Shown in pieces: positions 25,501 to 38,299 of a stretch of DNA of 64,000 nt. The notes under the pieces are model-generated. The model saw only the letters and a list, made by a program, of their open reading frames with translations. It was not told where the DNA came from and ran no database searches. Origin of the DNA: Raillietiella orientalis (lineage: Eukaryota); NCBI GenBank assembly GCA_036172245.1, contig JAYWIR010000054.1:310001-374000 (forward strand). The letters run 5' to 3'. Position 1 is the first letter of the stretch. Every line of letters begins with the position of its first letter. The position numbers were made by a program, and so were the translations under genes.

Positions 25501-25899
25501 TGCGCAGTGTGCTGACCGGTTCCTTCCCCAGATCCAACCTCCTGTCCTCAAGGAAGAAGTTCGCAGCGGTTGCAGCTGCTTTCCCGTGGTGCCATGGTGT
25601 GTCCTGGAAGCGCTTTCTGACGCGATCGTATCAAGGGGGCAGCATCAGAGAGTTGTGCAAGGGAGGGCACCATAACTGCCAGCGGTGACGCAGGGCACCT
25701 ACATGTCTGTTCCACTTCCTGCTTCAGGCTTCCGTGGAACAATGCTGCAGGCGGGTGGTGATTTTTGTCCGGTCACGACAGGCAAAAACCGTCACAATCC
25801 GGGGTCAGAGCAGACCAGCGTCCCCTGACTATAACAGATGTTGAAAAAAACACAAAAAAAGTCCATTGGAAATGACCACCGGCATGCAGACCGTCTTCC

Positions 25900-26900
25900 A
25901 AAAAGTAGGGAATGGAGGGAGGGAACAACAAATAAATAAATACAAAAAGGAGATGGGAGTTTAAGAGACAGGGGTCTTAGGATTCATTCGTTCCTTCCTT
26001 CCTAGAAGAGGCTGCGTATGGAGGCGATCTCACTGATAACCTCTCCTAGCAGGTGAGGGCACCTTGCAGCCAGCCTCATGAAGGCGGCTGCCATGTGGTA
26101 ACTTCCCTTCGCTGCGAACGTGACTCCAGCACACATCAAGGACTGTCACTATGGCGCGGATGCAGCGCCCGTCTTCAGCCCGCCTGGAGTGCAGAGGTGC
26201 CTCAGCAAGCGCAAGCAGGTGTTCTGTGGTTGAGGTAGCGCCGATGCCAAGGTCTCCTCCACGTGTCCTCCAGGACACTGCAGTGCACTGGAGGTGCGGA
26301 AACGGTTCCGTCGCCCCGCGCCCGTAACAGTTCGGAGAAGCATCTTCCCCGGAAACCAGGCGCCTGGGTTGATTGCACAGGAATCCTCCCAGAACAGGAA
26401 AGGCAGAACCTCCTTGCACATTCCCAGCGCAGTGGGAGCACAAAGGTCCTTCGCCCGAGAGCGAGGCTTGGCCACGTTCATCAGCCTTCGTGGCATCTCT
26501 CGATCTCTGAAGTGTTTCAGTAGAACCCCCAATGCAGAGGCTGGCTGCTGTTGTCGCTTCCTCTGAGGACAGACAGTGCTGCATCAAGGGGCAAGACGGC
26601 TATCCGGAAACCCCTGCGTCCAGTCCTGGAGGAGACCACCCAGCAGCTTGCAGAGGAGTTTCCACAGTGGGAAAAGTTCCTCTGGGCGCAGTTCCAGAGT
26701 GGCTATCCGTGCTTCCAAGCACTCCAGCTGATGACTGGGAGAGTCTCTCTTGGAAGCCACCATGCGCTCCCTTCACCCTATTTGGAACATTTCCCTCACA
26801 GACTGCAAGATCACCTGACAAGGGGCAGGAAGACACCCGTCCCAAGAGTTCCCGAAGCTCATTCCTTATTGGGAAGCTCCAACTTCTGCGACAAGGGGTC
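25900..26900 (-). mobile_element. L1/Tx1-like ORF2 3' end, diverged subfamily G
   Basis: FLCNQPRRLVSGEDASPNCYGRGATEPFPHL; strong DNA similarity to 60590-61080 and 35470-35700. Confidence 0.7.
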
Positions 26901-27589
26901 CATGCCAATTGAGGCCTGAAGCAGTCCAAAGGCACGTGCGGAAGGGCTTCCCGCTATTTCTCAGAGGAAACATCCTTTGGGGATTTCGTCCATCGAAGAA
27001 TGCCAAGGTCACGCGCTCTGGGGAAGGGGTCCCCGTAAACTATGAAGACGTTGTATGCTGGTAGAGCGAAGGAGAGCGGGACGCATCAGTCGAGAAGCTC
27101 AAGAACTCACACGCAGAACCCCGAAAGCCCATCCAGCTTCGTGGGCTCTCCGCAAGGCCCTTCGGGTGTGTCCACGTGCGCCATGGAGCGGCGAGTCTCG
27201 CAAGGTCCCAGTGATCCGACGGTTTACTCCCGGAGCTGCAAGAAAATTCTTCCTTTCCTTCTCTTCCCGACGATCGAATGTCCCCACGCGCGACCCACTG
27301 GGACCAGAACCCACGTTCGCCGCGCAGGGAGCCCCAGCGCAAGGAAACAGCCGCCGCGTGCCTCGAGGGACTGCTTTTTCTGTGGTCCCTCCCTTCTCCC
27401 GTTGCTTCGTTTCGAACCCGCACGCGTCCATGTGGCGCGCCACGCTCGGCCTAAGCCAATCGACCGCTGTCCAAGAATGCGCGCATCGCGACCTTCACTG
27501 CTCCTTCCCTCCCTACGTGAGCGACGATGGGCAGCAACAGAAGACGAGCTGCCATCCTGCGGCGGTCGCCCCTCGTGGGCTCTTCCAAT

Positions 27590-27790
27590 GTCCCCAGGGA
27601 TAGTGGATGTCCCCCTGAGGGTGTCGTCTCTCCAAAATGTAAGGATCGCGCCGCTCCCTTTCGCGGCCACCCATTCCCGGTGGGAGAGGTGCCTTTCAGA
27701 GAAATTCGGATGCATCCCTTCAGGGTTCTCTTCAGAGGAGGAAAGCAAGAGCAGGTCCTTTCCTGTGGGTTCTTCTGGAGGAGAAATCAG
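27590..27790 (+). mobile_element. Family D fragment
   Basis: gagaaattcggatgcatcccttcagggttctcttcag resembles 13031-13068. Confidence 0.55.
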
Positions 27791-28249
27791 GAGTTGATCG
27801 GATAAGAATGCACTCTGGATGAGCTGCTGCTGTGCAGCTTCACTCGGAGCGACTCTTTGCCTGCTTTCCTCCCCCAACCTGGCGTTGCGCCAGCAGGATC
27901 GCAGCGTCCCGGAACACTGGTGAGGCGCGCCAGTAAGGAAGAGGGAACTCACTTCCACAACGACGAGGGATGTAGCAAGGTGGCTTCCGAAGGATGCCAG
28001 AGTGAAGGAGGACGCCACCTGTATCGTGTTCACGTTTTGGAAGACGCAACGGGCGTGACCGGTGACCTTTGTCCTTTCCCCTCCCTGTTTACCTAATTAG
28101 TATCCCTTCTCTTTCACCCTCCCTGCTCTTCTGTTCATCCATGGATTTGTTTTTTGTTTCTTCCCTCCCTTCGATTTTGCATGGGCTCGTGGACCTCTTA
28201 CTAATCCATATGGCTTGCGGATATTTCTTTGTTTGAGGAACAAACGGCT

Positions 28250-28500
28250 AGAGGCAACTGGGCGGAAATGGTGGTTGTGCGCGTCGTATGGCGCCCAATG
28301 CAGCATCAGCCGCTCCAGCTGGTTCCACTTGAGAGGAAGGAACGAGCTGTCCGTCGTGTCCACTGAGGGCAGCTTCAGGAGGTCCAGAGAAATCCTGAAG
28401 ATGTCGGCCTACCGAAGAAGTTCCTTCGGGAGGTACGTAAATGCCGCCGCGTCAGCGAGAGCTGCCCAACGACCAAGGGATTCCTGGGACCTCAGAGAAT
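28250..28500 (-). mobile_element. L1/Tx1-like ORF2 fragment
   Basis: FLPLKWNQLERLMLHWAP. Confidence 0.6.
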
Positions 28501-29659
28501 TTCGCAGGAGGAATTCCTCCCACTCACCTTGCCGGCAGGATGGTTCGTCCAGTCAAGGGGGCTCAAAAGCGAAGGACGCCGCTTGGCGAAAGGGGGAGGG
28601 CATGGGTTCCATCGCGGTCAGTCCCGCATCTTGCCCAAGAAGAGTTCTCGTCGACACCTACTCATCTGCTCCGATAGCCAGGCATCAATGACGCTTGCTC
28701 TCTCGCAACCCAGATGCGAACCTTCGATGGGCGCCGGTCTCACGGTCCACCTAAAAGACTCTTCCGAGAACTCGGACGAAAGAGAAAAGGAGCAGAAATC
28801 CAGACAACGCGAGTCGGAAGATGAAAGTCAAGACAACCACGAAAAAAAAAGGAGGGGAAGGAATAGGAAGAACAGGACTGCGGGATTCCTCCTCTTTTTA
28901 TCGGAGAAGAGATTTATTCTGGATTGCGGGAGTCTTCATGCTGGCTGGAGAGTCTGCTTCACTCCTTCCGCCTAAGAGCTCCCTGGAAGCGAGTTCCTGG
29001 AAAAATGGGAAGAGTGCTGCCTGCCGAAATCTCGCAGGTTGACTCCTTGCTGACGGGGCAAGCGGAAATCAGCAAAAGTGCCGGTCGTCCTGGCATCGGC
29101 GTTTCCTTTCATGGAAGGAAATGATCCATAGAGGACACTCCCATAGTGCTGGCGGCGCCAGCGACCGAGGTCTGCCGGTGGCTGCAAGCATGCGGCACTC
29201 CCGCCACAGCTTGGCGAGCGAGGCATGAGGGATGGAGGCCCTGCTGCACCCGATCAATCGCCCGCGTGGGAAGACGCGAAGACCTCATTTCCTTCTTTCC
29301 AAACTTCCTCCAGAAGACCTCCTGCTGAAGATGCTGCAAAAGGAACGGGGATTTCTTGCGCGGAATGCTCAAGCAGTCCTCCTGACGACGGAAAAACTCA
29401 TTGGTCCAGATACAACACGGCGATAGATCGAAAGAACGGAGTTCGGAAGTAAGGTCTTTCTCCCAGTTCGACCCACGCTCAGCGGGGAAGATCAACCAAG
29501 CAATCTTGCTGGAACCTTCCCAGAGCTCAGAGGGAGCCTGAGTCTGGGTCCGTCTTCAGCTCAGCAAACAAACATCCCCCACTGCTGAACACGAGTGACA
29601 GAACCAACGAAGTCCTTGACCAACGAAGACCACTGTGCACTGGTTCGGGACACCGTAGC

Positions 29660-30045
29660 AACCTAACCTAACCCACCTTAACTAATCTAACCTTCCCAGC
29701 CTGTTTCCCCACCTACCTTACCGAATTCAACCTACCCGCCTAACCTCACCTCACCTCGCCTACATGTCTACCCATCCAACCTACCTACCTAAACTACCTA
29801 GCTATCCCACCTAACCTAACCTACCTACCCCGGACCTAACCTAACTTCATCTACCTACTTACCTAAACTACCCTACCTAACCTAACCTAACCTTTCAACC
29901 TATTTACACTACCTAACTAGTTTCATCTGCCAAACAGAATTTAACCTACCACCCTAACTTAACCTAAGCTGTCCAAACCACCTGCCTACCTAACCTACGT
30001 ACGTACCCCACCTAAGCTGACCTAATCTATCTTTCAGCTAATTTC
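29660..30045. repeat. Degenerate (CCTAA/CCTA)n array, i.e. TTAGG-like on the minus strand
   Basis: Many acctaacctaa and acctacct units. Confidence 0.85.
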
Positions 30046-32059
30046 TTACCGATGCGGGAAACCCTCTGACCAGGAAGCAGAGAGCGAGTCCTCGCTACTG
30101 ATCGCTCTCTTTCTCTTTTTTACCGGAGCCATTGGCGGATGCTCGTGTGAGCAACGATCGGAGTCCAGCACGATCGCCTTCAATGCACATCCAAAGCATT
30201 GAGAGCAACTCTTCATTGGATGTCGGAACACATTCTTCTTCAGCGTGATCCTCTGACCACATCCTCCACTCCCCTTGAACTCTTCATCATTGCTTGGATT
30301 GTAAGCTCCGACTGAGAACGCTCCTTCCGTGGAGATCGCTCCTCCGCAGAAGGAGTGGTGAACCAAATCTCTCAGTTATGTTTCTTTCTTTTGTCTCTTT
30401 TTCTAGTACTGCTTCTGAAGCCTTCGTAGTGATCTAAGACGTCCAGAGTGAGCTTTTTGCCCATTCCAGAAATAGTCCAGGTCGAGGTCAGCAGCTCATG
30501 GTGTCTCAGAGCGAGTCTCTACCTCTGGGTCGCCAGTGAATCGTGTCTTGAGTGGATCATGAGTTGGTGCATCCATTTGGGACCCGTCCTAGTCATCCTT
30601 CCCACCTATTCACGTCATCTCTGGTGGGATACGTCCTCACATGTTTGTTTTTTTCAAGGAAGGCTTTGAACATACGATGGAGGGCGTTTCTACGACCGCT
30701 GTCAGTGACTCTTTTTCTCCCAGCTGACTCTGTGACCCACCTTCCATTATGGGGAGATGACCCATTTAATGCCTGTGGCACACATCCTTCGATAACTTCA
30801 TTTCTTTTCTCATGAAACTTGCTTCTCCCTCAGGTGTTTCTAGTTCTCCGATTCCATCGCTTCTCGAAGATTCTTTCAAGATCCCAGGGATGCTAGCGGG
30901 ATTGTTGTTACGTTGAAGACAAGATGGCTGCAGCCAGCCATTGAAAGCAGCTCTTGTGTCCTGTCTCTTCCAGTCCCGATGACAAATATTCATAGGATTG
31001 ACCATCTTCTTTCACACTGGATCACTAGATATGCCTTCAGTTCGGAATCTGTTTCTGGAATGGGCTAGCTGTGGGTTCCCGGCTCCCAAAGCCTCAGGGA
31101 AGTCTCTCTGGATCCGTGTGATCACCTCTTTCTTTCGGATGATCGTCAGCTTCTGACACATCTATCGAGGATGTAACACGGTGGTTTCTTCTTATCTTTC
31201 CCGCCTGCTGAGGAGGGCGAGCAGAGCCGTTCCCGGTGGGCGATGGCCACACAAGCGGAAGGTTAATTTGTGCCGCATGAATGAATCTGTGATCGACGAA
31301 CCGAACGTGTTCGGCGTGGAATGGAAGATGCCCTGGAGGCCGGTGCTGCCGAAAGCGGAGCGCGGCCTTCTTCTCGATGCCGACTACTTCGTGTCAGGTG
31401 CTGCCACGTGTCGGAAACCGTGAGCAGGTCCAGGAGGTGAGCTTTCCTGCTCTTGCATCCTCGTGACGAACGTCCGATTATCGAACGCAACTTCGGGTAC
31501 TTCTCCCTGAAGCGTTCGTCCACTCTTGCTCCGAACCGTGCGGGAGATTCTGGAAGAGGAATCGTTGGCGTGGAGGAAGATTTTCCCTGCTGATCCGGAT
31601 GCCTTCCGTGACGCGCTTCACTTGAAAGATTGCCACCGGAAAAATCCACGCATGGCATTCGCGAGCCAGGCGAAATGGGGGGGGAGAGTTCTTGAGGATT
31701 CACCTCTTTGAGTGGCACATCTCTGTGAGCGCCACTTTAGGCAACAGGTGATGCCATTGGAGAGCCTCTCTCCCGGTTGCTCAAAGGCACTTGGTGCTTT
31801 CAGTGACCACGCAAAGGCAGTCTGGGCCCTACCACGTTCCGCAGATACTGACGAGTGCATTTGCTGCTCCGTATGCAGATATATTGTCTACAAAACAGCA
31901 GATACATTTGTCAGTCGTTGAGGGAGATCCTAGGAAACACCAGGAATCTGTTCGTCCTCCCGCCTTCTCCCCAGTGCTTCCCTTTCTAAGGGGAACAATG
32001 AACAGCCAGCTGCCAGCAAGGTTAAAAGTGACCTGCATAATATGAAATACGAAAAAACA

Positions 32060-32940
32060 TCTGGGGTACATCTGAGTGGACAACTCGGGAGCTGGCGGCT
32101 GCTGCCATCCCGGGCGTCCCTCCAAAAGAACTGATACGCTGGGGAGGACTACTACAAATTCCTCCTGATGAGGTACAGTGGAACAGTGCTTCCCTCCCTC
32201 TAAAGTGACAGGAGTTGGCGATCCTTCCGTTGCATTGGAACCTCCCGTGTAACGCCCGTCGACAACATTGGACCTGGGGGAGTGCGAGTCCAAACTACAA
32301 CAGGTCAGCGAAAGAGTCTCTGGGGCTGCGTGGAGCAACGCCAGAGGAAGCCTCTCCTCCGCACTTGCTCCTGGATTGTGTTGCCCTCCGCCCCCTGTGG
32401 GAACGCTTTGCCGCGTCCCTGCGGCATCCCCAAGGGCAACCCAAGACACGTTCTGAAGCTCCTTTTCTTGCGCGACGCCTTCACACCGGACGCATCCCCA
32501 GCAGCCTTCTGCCGCCTTCGCGGCAGGATCATGGATGCGTGGAGCAACGCCAGAGGACGCCACGATGACAAGGACGCCATCTACTTGGTCGTCCCCTTCA
32601 TGAGGACAGCGTCAAGATGGCCCCATCTGGGTATCCTTAGACAGAAACTTGCCAGCATCCTGCAAAGAATGCAGAGGACGCCCTCCAGCACCCGGTGATC
32701 CCTCCCCGAACCCTCCCAATTTTTTGTATATATATCTTTTTCCCATCCCCTCTCCTCTGCTGCCGAGGCGAACCTTGCCAGCCCGCGCGCCGGTACTCGA
32801 CAGGTTCCTTTTTGTATATACACCTTGATCTTAGTCAAAAGGCCGAGAAGCAATACGTGTAACGTGGCAGGACCAAGTGTCCTGCTACTGACTTCTATGT
32901 TAATTTTATAAATAAACACTCCTGTGCAACTGGGTGTCGA
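32060..32940 (+). mobile_element. 5'-truncated L1/Tx1-like element with a U2 fragment in its 3' UTR
   Basis: LHWNLPCNARRQHWTWG...PHLLLDCVALRPLWERFA; RWPHLGILRQKLASILQRMQRTP; UTR matches 11070-11215. Confidence 0.88.
32819..32854 (-). pseudogene. U2: U2 snRNA 5' fragment (nt 1-36)
   Basis: The minus strand reads attgcttctcggccttttgactaagatcaaggtgta, three mismatches to the U2 5' end; it is absent from the homologous UTR at ~11125-11140. Confidence 0.9.
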
Positions 32941-32979
32941 CCACGTCCCGCAGCGGTCGCAGAGCAACGCATCCCACGA

Positions 32980-33560
32980 GCCATTCCCGGTGGGAGAGGG
33001 GCAAGCAAAAGGAAAAATAAAAGGAAGAAAATCAAATGGAAAATAAATAAGCGACATTTCGGGATGGATGGATTCAGGAAGGGATCATTGTCTGCTTAGG
33101 GGCGTTCTCTGCATCCTTCCAAGGAAGTCGGCAAGTTCGGGTTGCATGCTTTTCAGATGGAGCCATCTCGATGCCATCCTCAAGTGGACCGCAAAGTGGA
33201 TGGTGCGTCCCTGTGCTTCTCTCCTCTCTCTCGGCGGCGCCCCATGCAGCCGAAGTCCCGCGTAGGCAGCAGAGCTGCCGGGGATGCGGCTGGCGGTGCG
33301 AGGGGCACCGCATGCAAAAGGGCGTTTCAAACGCCTCCGGGGGTTGCCGTTCAGGGTCCGCAGGGTCGCGGCGAAACATTCGCACGTGAGCCCGAGGGTC
33401 ATACGTGCAGTTCCGCAGTGCCATGTTAGAATGGTAGAAGCGTCGATTCCTGCCACTAGAGAGTGAGGCCGCCGACCGTTCTAGAAAGCTGAAGGCCACT
33501 CGAGATCTTCTTAGGGAATTCTCAGGAGCGCTCTCTGGCGCGAAAGTCCTTCCATGGGGC
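32980..33560 (-). mobile_element. L1/Tx1-like 3' end, tail-to-tail with the previous copy
   Basis: ECFAATLRTLNGNP...RMASRWLHLKSMQPELADFLGRMQRTP. Confidence 0.8.
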
Positions 33561-33874
33561 ACTTGAAGTCACACGCAGCGTCTGAACTGCGGTCGAATCA
33601 CTCAACTCTTTCCTTCCGGAACGCAGTTCGCGGACTGACCTCCCATCTGGACGGTAGGCTACTCCCTCAGGGATGGGGACAGCGCTGCTAAAAGGGAGAT
33701 TCTCCAAGACCACGCCATCTCCTTGTAGTATGAATTTCTTGGATAGAGCGACCGTTGTAGGTCGAGCATCGCAGGCGCTTCGATGACCCCGGACTCGGCT
33801 CTTGGGGTACTGAGGAGCTGCCCCTGCACCGTCAGCTCTCCGGCTAGATGCAACTCTGTCCTCAGTAAACCAGG

Positions 33875-33960
33875 AGTAGGGTAAGAGAATGAGTTAGGAT
33901 AGGGACGGTGAGTTGGACGAGTGAGGTTAGGTAGATGAGGTCGGATGAGGTTGGTCGGAC
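33875..33960. repeat. Short degenerate TTAGG/GAGGT-type tract
   Basis: gagttaggataggg...gaggttaggtagatgagg. Confidence 0.5.
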
Positions 33961-34439
33961 CAGTAGCTTGAACCGAGAAGCTGGCCGGCATCGTCGCGGA
34001 TTCGATACAGCTCTTTATCCCGCTGATGTTCAGACGCTGCGACTAACGGATGTTCCGTCCACTCTGCGTGCTGGGGGGCGCCGCTTTCGTCCGATCTGCG
34101 CTTGTACGACGGATCTCGTTGCTCTGGAAGCCACTTTGGTCTACAATGGCCGCGGAGCACCTGCCACCAGTACTCCTTCGTCCCCGATCTCTTTCTGCGG
34201 CTGCGAACAAAAAAGGGGAACGATTTACGCATGGGCGAAGACCAGGGAGCCGGAATCGGAGTTGCGGCAGCCGTTGCTGCAGTCCTCCTACAGAAGCTGT
34301 TCGCTCCAGGAGGTCCTCGTGAATCCCACCCCAAGTGTGCGTAGTCGGAAAGAACCTCCCTTGCTGAGACGCTGCCCTCCTTGAGGGAGCACACCGGCAG
34401 CCACCTACCGGCAAAATGGGAGGTCTCCTGTGAGATCAC

Positions 34440-34680
34440 CTCTGGGTGGAGGACATTAGGTAGGGCGCGGACCAGCTGACTGCCGCTGAGACTCCAAGTG
34501 CCCCACTTGGGTTACTTTCGCGCTGGAGTGAGCTCCGTGGACATCTCGAGTGGCGCCCAGAGCTCAGGCATGTTTGCGCCCTCTATCTCGGATGGGGGTG
34601 AGTCGACTCTTCTGCTGCTGTACTGCGATCCTCCATTCAACGCCCGCAGACAGCATTGGACCCAAAAGGAGGGGCGTATC
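34440..34680 (+). mobile_element. L1/Tx1-like ORF2 fragment
   Basis: ccagctgactg...ccaagtgcccca matches 18709-18742; LLLLYCDPPFNARRQHWT. Confidence 0.7.
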
Positions 34681-34699
34681 CACCTGGTCACGCTGCGGC

Positions 34700-35460
34700 G
34701 TTCACTGAACACACAACAACAAAATAGAAACTGTTGTGGCTGAGCACACGTGGCTCATAACACGCCTGCACTTTACAAGGGACCTGCAGAGTTGCCGGTG
34801 GGCGGGCCGGAGAGGCTCGCCTCGGCAGCGGAGGCTAGGAGGGGATACGAAAAGGGAAACAAAATAAAAAACACCATAGAAGACCGACGAGGGGTCACGG
34901 TTCACTGCATTCCTTCCAGGATGCCGGCTAGGGTCCGTGTCTAGTGTGGTCGCCAAGGTCTGGTCATCTAGCCGCCATCCGCAAAAAGCGGAGCGCGTAG
35001 TCAATGGCGTCCCTCTCGTGCGATCCTCTTCCAGCGACTCTCCAGGCGGTCACAATCCTACGGATGCAGCAAAGAGCTGCCAAGGCTGCAGCTAGAGGTG
35101 CAGCATCCCTCACGAAGAGGATGAACGCCAAAGATGGACTCGAAAGGACGGACACCAGAGATGCTCAGGCACACGGTGGGAGACCTCTTCCGCAGGGACA
35201 ATTCCTGCGAGGACAGCATGGAGGAAGACCTCAGATGAAGAAAATCTGTTGGAATTTCTGACGCTTCGCAATCATCTGAGGAAGACCTCGGATGAAGAGG
35301 GCAGTTGCTTCGTACTGATCTATGGAAGAACTCACGAAGAGGGGTCGTAGAACGCTCCTGCGGTTGCCAACCCGGGTCCGCAGCGCCGTCCCAAAACGTT
35401 CCCACAGGAGCCGCAAAGCGACACTGTCCACAAGCAGGTGCGGGAGACATTATTGTTCCC
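34700..35460 (-). mobile_element. L1/Tx1-like 3' end interrupted by a 210-bp insert
   Basis: DSVALRLLWERFG...RPLFV | LFVRDAAPLAAALAALCCIRRIVTAW; UTR ctgccgag...ctctgcag. Confidence 0.85.
35121..35330. mobile_element. 210-bp insertion of unknown origin with 12-bp TSD
   Basis: ctcacgaagagg at 35109-35120 and 35331-35342; removing the insert restores the LINE reading frame motif. Confidence 0.8.
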
Positions 35461-35469
35461 CGCACTTGA

Positions 35470-35700
35470 GCTTTTCATCCGGTGACGACGGCTGCCGTGC
35501 TGGTGACCTCCCTTCGCTGCGAACCTGACTCCAGCACACATCAAGGACTGTCACTACGAAGCAGATGCAGCGCCCGTCTTCAGCCCGCCTGGAGTGAAGA
35601 AGAGCCGCAGCAAGTCCGCAGCAGAGTCCTTCGATCGGCGGAGCGCCGCCCGAAGGATGGTGCTGGTCCCCGCAACGTGTCCTCCAGAACACCACCAGTC
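35470..35700 (-). mobile_element. Subfamily G 3' fragment
   Basis: LHSRRAEDGRCI..VTVLDVCWS.VRSEG, shared with 26075-26200. Confidence 0.8.
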
Positions 35701-35969
35701 CGGACCGACTGAGGCAGAAGCCCGGACTCGTGCTTCCCAGCGTCCAGTGATGTCGACAGGAGCCGCAGGGAAGACCCCGATGCGGCAGCAGGAGTGCTTA
35801 CTCCTGCGACTTCAGAGGGAAAGCGCTGCTGTTGAGGAAAGTCCGGTATCCACTGCAGGTCTTCGCAAGGAAAACCGAGCAGCTCGCCCCAGTGTGAAAG
35901 TGTCCACGTGGAAGGATATTCGGGTCGCTGCGTTGGTCAACTTCTCCATGGTGCAACCACTTATTTCCT

Positions 35970-36585
35970 TTTCAGGGAGAACGGGGATGGATCCAGACTG
36001 CAGCAGGTGCGTAGAACGCGAATCCCTCCCCTCGCCTGCCCGTGGTCGTGTTGCCCTGCGGCTGCTGTAGGGACGCTTTGCAGCGACGACTCTCCTCACG
36101 CCCATTTGACGACGCCGGGGACGCACTCAGACCCCTCTTCGTGCGCGAAGCATTGCCTCCGGCTGCACCCCAAGTAGCGCTTTGCTGTCTGCACGGGATT
36201 GCGGCCGCCTGGAGCGACGTCAGGAGAGGAGGCTGCGCCAGGAATGCCATTCACTTGGCCCTACGTTGCGTTGGGCAGCGAGATCCTCAACTGAAAAAAA
36301 CCGGAGAAGAATTTGCCGGCGCCCTCGAGAAATGTAGAGGACAGTCTCCAGCAAGCCTCGACCCCTTCCCGTGCTCCCCCAAAATTTATTTTCCTCATCT
36401 TTGTTCCCATCTTTTGCTTTCTGTTTTCCCCTCTACTGGTGAGACCGCCTTCGCACCGTTGTGCCTATCGGCTTCTCGGTGTAGGTTCTCCATTGTCTGG
36501 ACGCGTTAGGGCCAGCAGCCCGACTACCTCTGCATGTTTTTCTTTCCTTTTTCAACAAACAGATGCTCCGGCGAACCCGAGTGAA
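35970..36585 (+). mobile_element. L1/Tx1-like 3' end
   Basis: DPDCSRCVERESLP, LRPLFVREAL, ALCCLHGIAAAWS; UTR ends ...cccgagtgaaaa. Confidence 0.8.
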
Positions 36586-37684
36586 AACGTGGAGTCCTCC
36601 GCTGAGGGCCCACTATGTTGCAACTCTGCGCACTGTCCTTGACAACATGGGAGCGAGCCGACTCGGGAGGGGAGAACGTGTTCCGAGGGACTCTGGAACC
36701 TTTTCTCCCCTAGAGGCAGGCAAGCGCGGGTGACTTCCTTGATGGAAGCTGCAAGCTCGACCACCCTCGAGCCTGGAACCTACGACTCGTTCCGCCGCGG
36801 CTTTCCGGGTCGGCGGCCACAGCAACGGGAACCGACCGGCGGCGCGGCGGCGGAGTCGCTTTCCTCCTCCCCTCCTCTTCCCGTCCACGCGCGTTCCGCT
36901 CCTCTTTCTCCTCCTCTTGAAAGGAAGCGAGAGCTCCTTCGTGGCCGCAGGACCGACCTCCGGCAGTCAGGACGAATCGCCTTCGTTCACCGGTCGAGTA
37001 GGTTCGATGCTCATCATGCCACGGGAACGCAGGCAGGGAGCCCAAAGGAGCTCTCCTTCAGGCCGCAGAGCGGGAAAGGGACGCAGAGAGTTTTCGATGC
37101 AGGGGTCAGGTCACAGCATCCGCCTCAGAAAGCTCGCCTCCCAGCTCAGGTTCCAATTACGAGTCCCTCTCGGCAGACGAGAAGCTTCTGTGAGCGCTTC
37201 TCCGAGTCCGTTTCCCTATCACCTATTTATTTATTTATCCTCCCCACCCTGACGTTGCTATGGACAAGTCCTGCAGCTGACCTACGAGTCGGCGTGCCTT
37301 CCGGGCCGAACTTTCGTTTTCTTTTGTGATTTTTTCCCTCCATTTTCTTCGATTCACCAGGAGCCACGCTGCTTGTTCTTTTTTTTATGAATAAACGCCC
37401 CGAGGAGTGATGCCCTTCTCATCCCTGACAGATGGGCCATCTGTTTGAAATGAATCAACCGCCTTAGCGATGCGCTCCCGTTACCTGACGCAGCCCCCGG
37501 CATTCCGGAAGTACGCGTAGGATGTTTCCCGTATCCCGCTGTGGGTTTTTTTTTTCCTCGGGCATCTCCCGGGTGAGGCGCGCGGTGGCGTTCCTCCATG
37601 GGGGCGTTCCGTGAGCCAGAGAGATGGCGGTCTGTCGTCACCGAGGACGGAAGACGGAGGGCGTCGGCCGGGAAGCATGGAATT

Positions 37685-38250
37685 TTTTCTTTGGGGTTCG
37701 TCAAGTACTCGAAGAACCACCGTTCACCTCCTTAGGAAGGAGGTCATGAAGTTCTTTAATGCTGCCCACGCCACCTGAGGGTGCGTGCTGACTCTTCAAG
37801 TTAGGGAGTAACTCCAGAGGGACCATCCTATGAATCCAGGAAGGCTCCGGAGAAAGGAATCCCTTCCTCTCACTCTCGGGAGGGAATCTTGAAGGGAAGT
37901 TCTTCCTTATTCTCTCCGGAGGGACCCCGTGGAAAGGATGCGCTCCCCTCCTCTGAAGAGAATTCGAAGGGATGCTTCCCAGTTTATCTGAAGGGCTCTC
38001 TCTCCCCGAAGGAAAGAACCCATTTCCCACACTCTGGAGTGGCAGCCCCTCGAGGGAAAAGACGGCCCTATCTTCACGGCCGCACGGCAATCTCGAAAGG
38101 AACCGGGCTCCTTGATATCCTGAGAGGATCCCGGAGGGTCAACTTCCAATCCCGGCCAGTTAAGGGAGGGCATCTGGCTTCCACCAGTGCTGCGGGCAAA
38201 GACCAGCCAGCGTTGCCCTACGAGGAGAGGACTGGAAACCCACGACTCCC
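37685..38250 (-). mobile_element. Family D copy
   Basis: Colinear with 45190-45725 (reverse complement) and with 50-600. Confidence 0.75.
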
Positions 38251-38299
38251 CTGCAACGCCTGGTACCACGCGTAGAGACCACACGGCCACTTAGCAAAC

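Noticed and set aside
36467..36485. atcggcttctcggtgtag resembles U2 nt 1-12
   Set aside because: Only 9 contiguous matching bases, and it sits in the closing stem of the LINE UTR.
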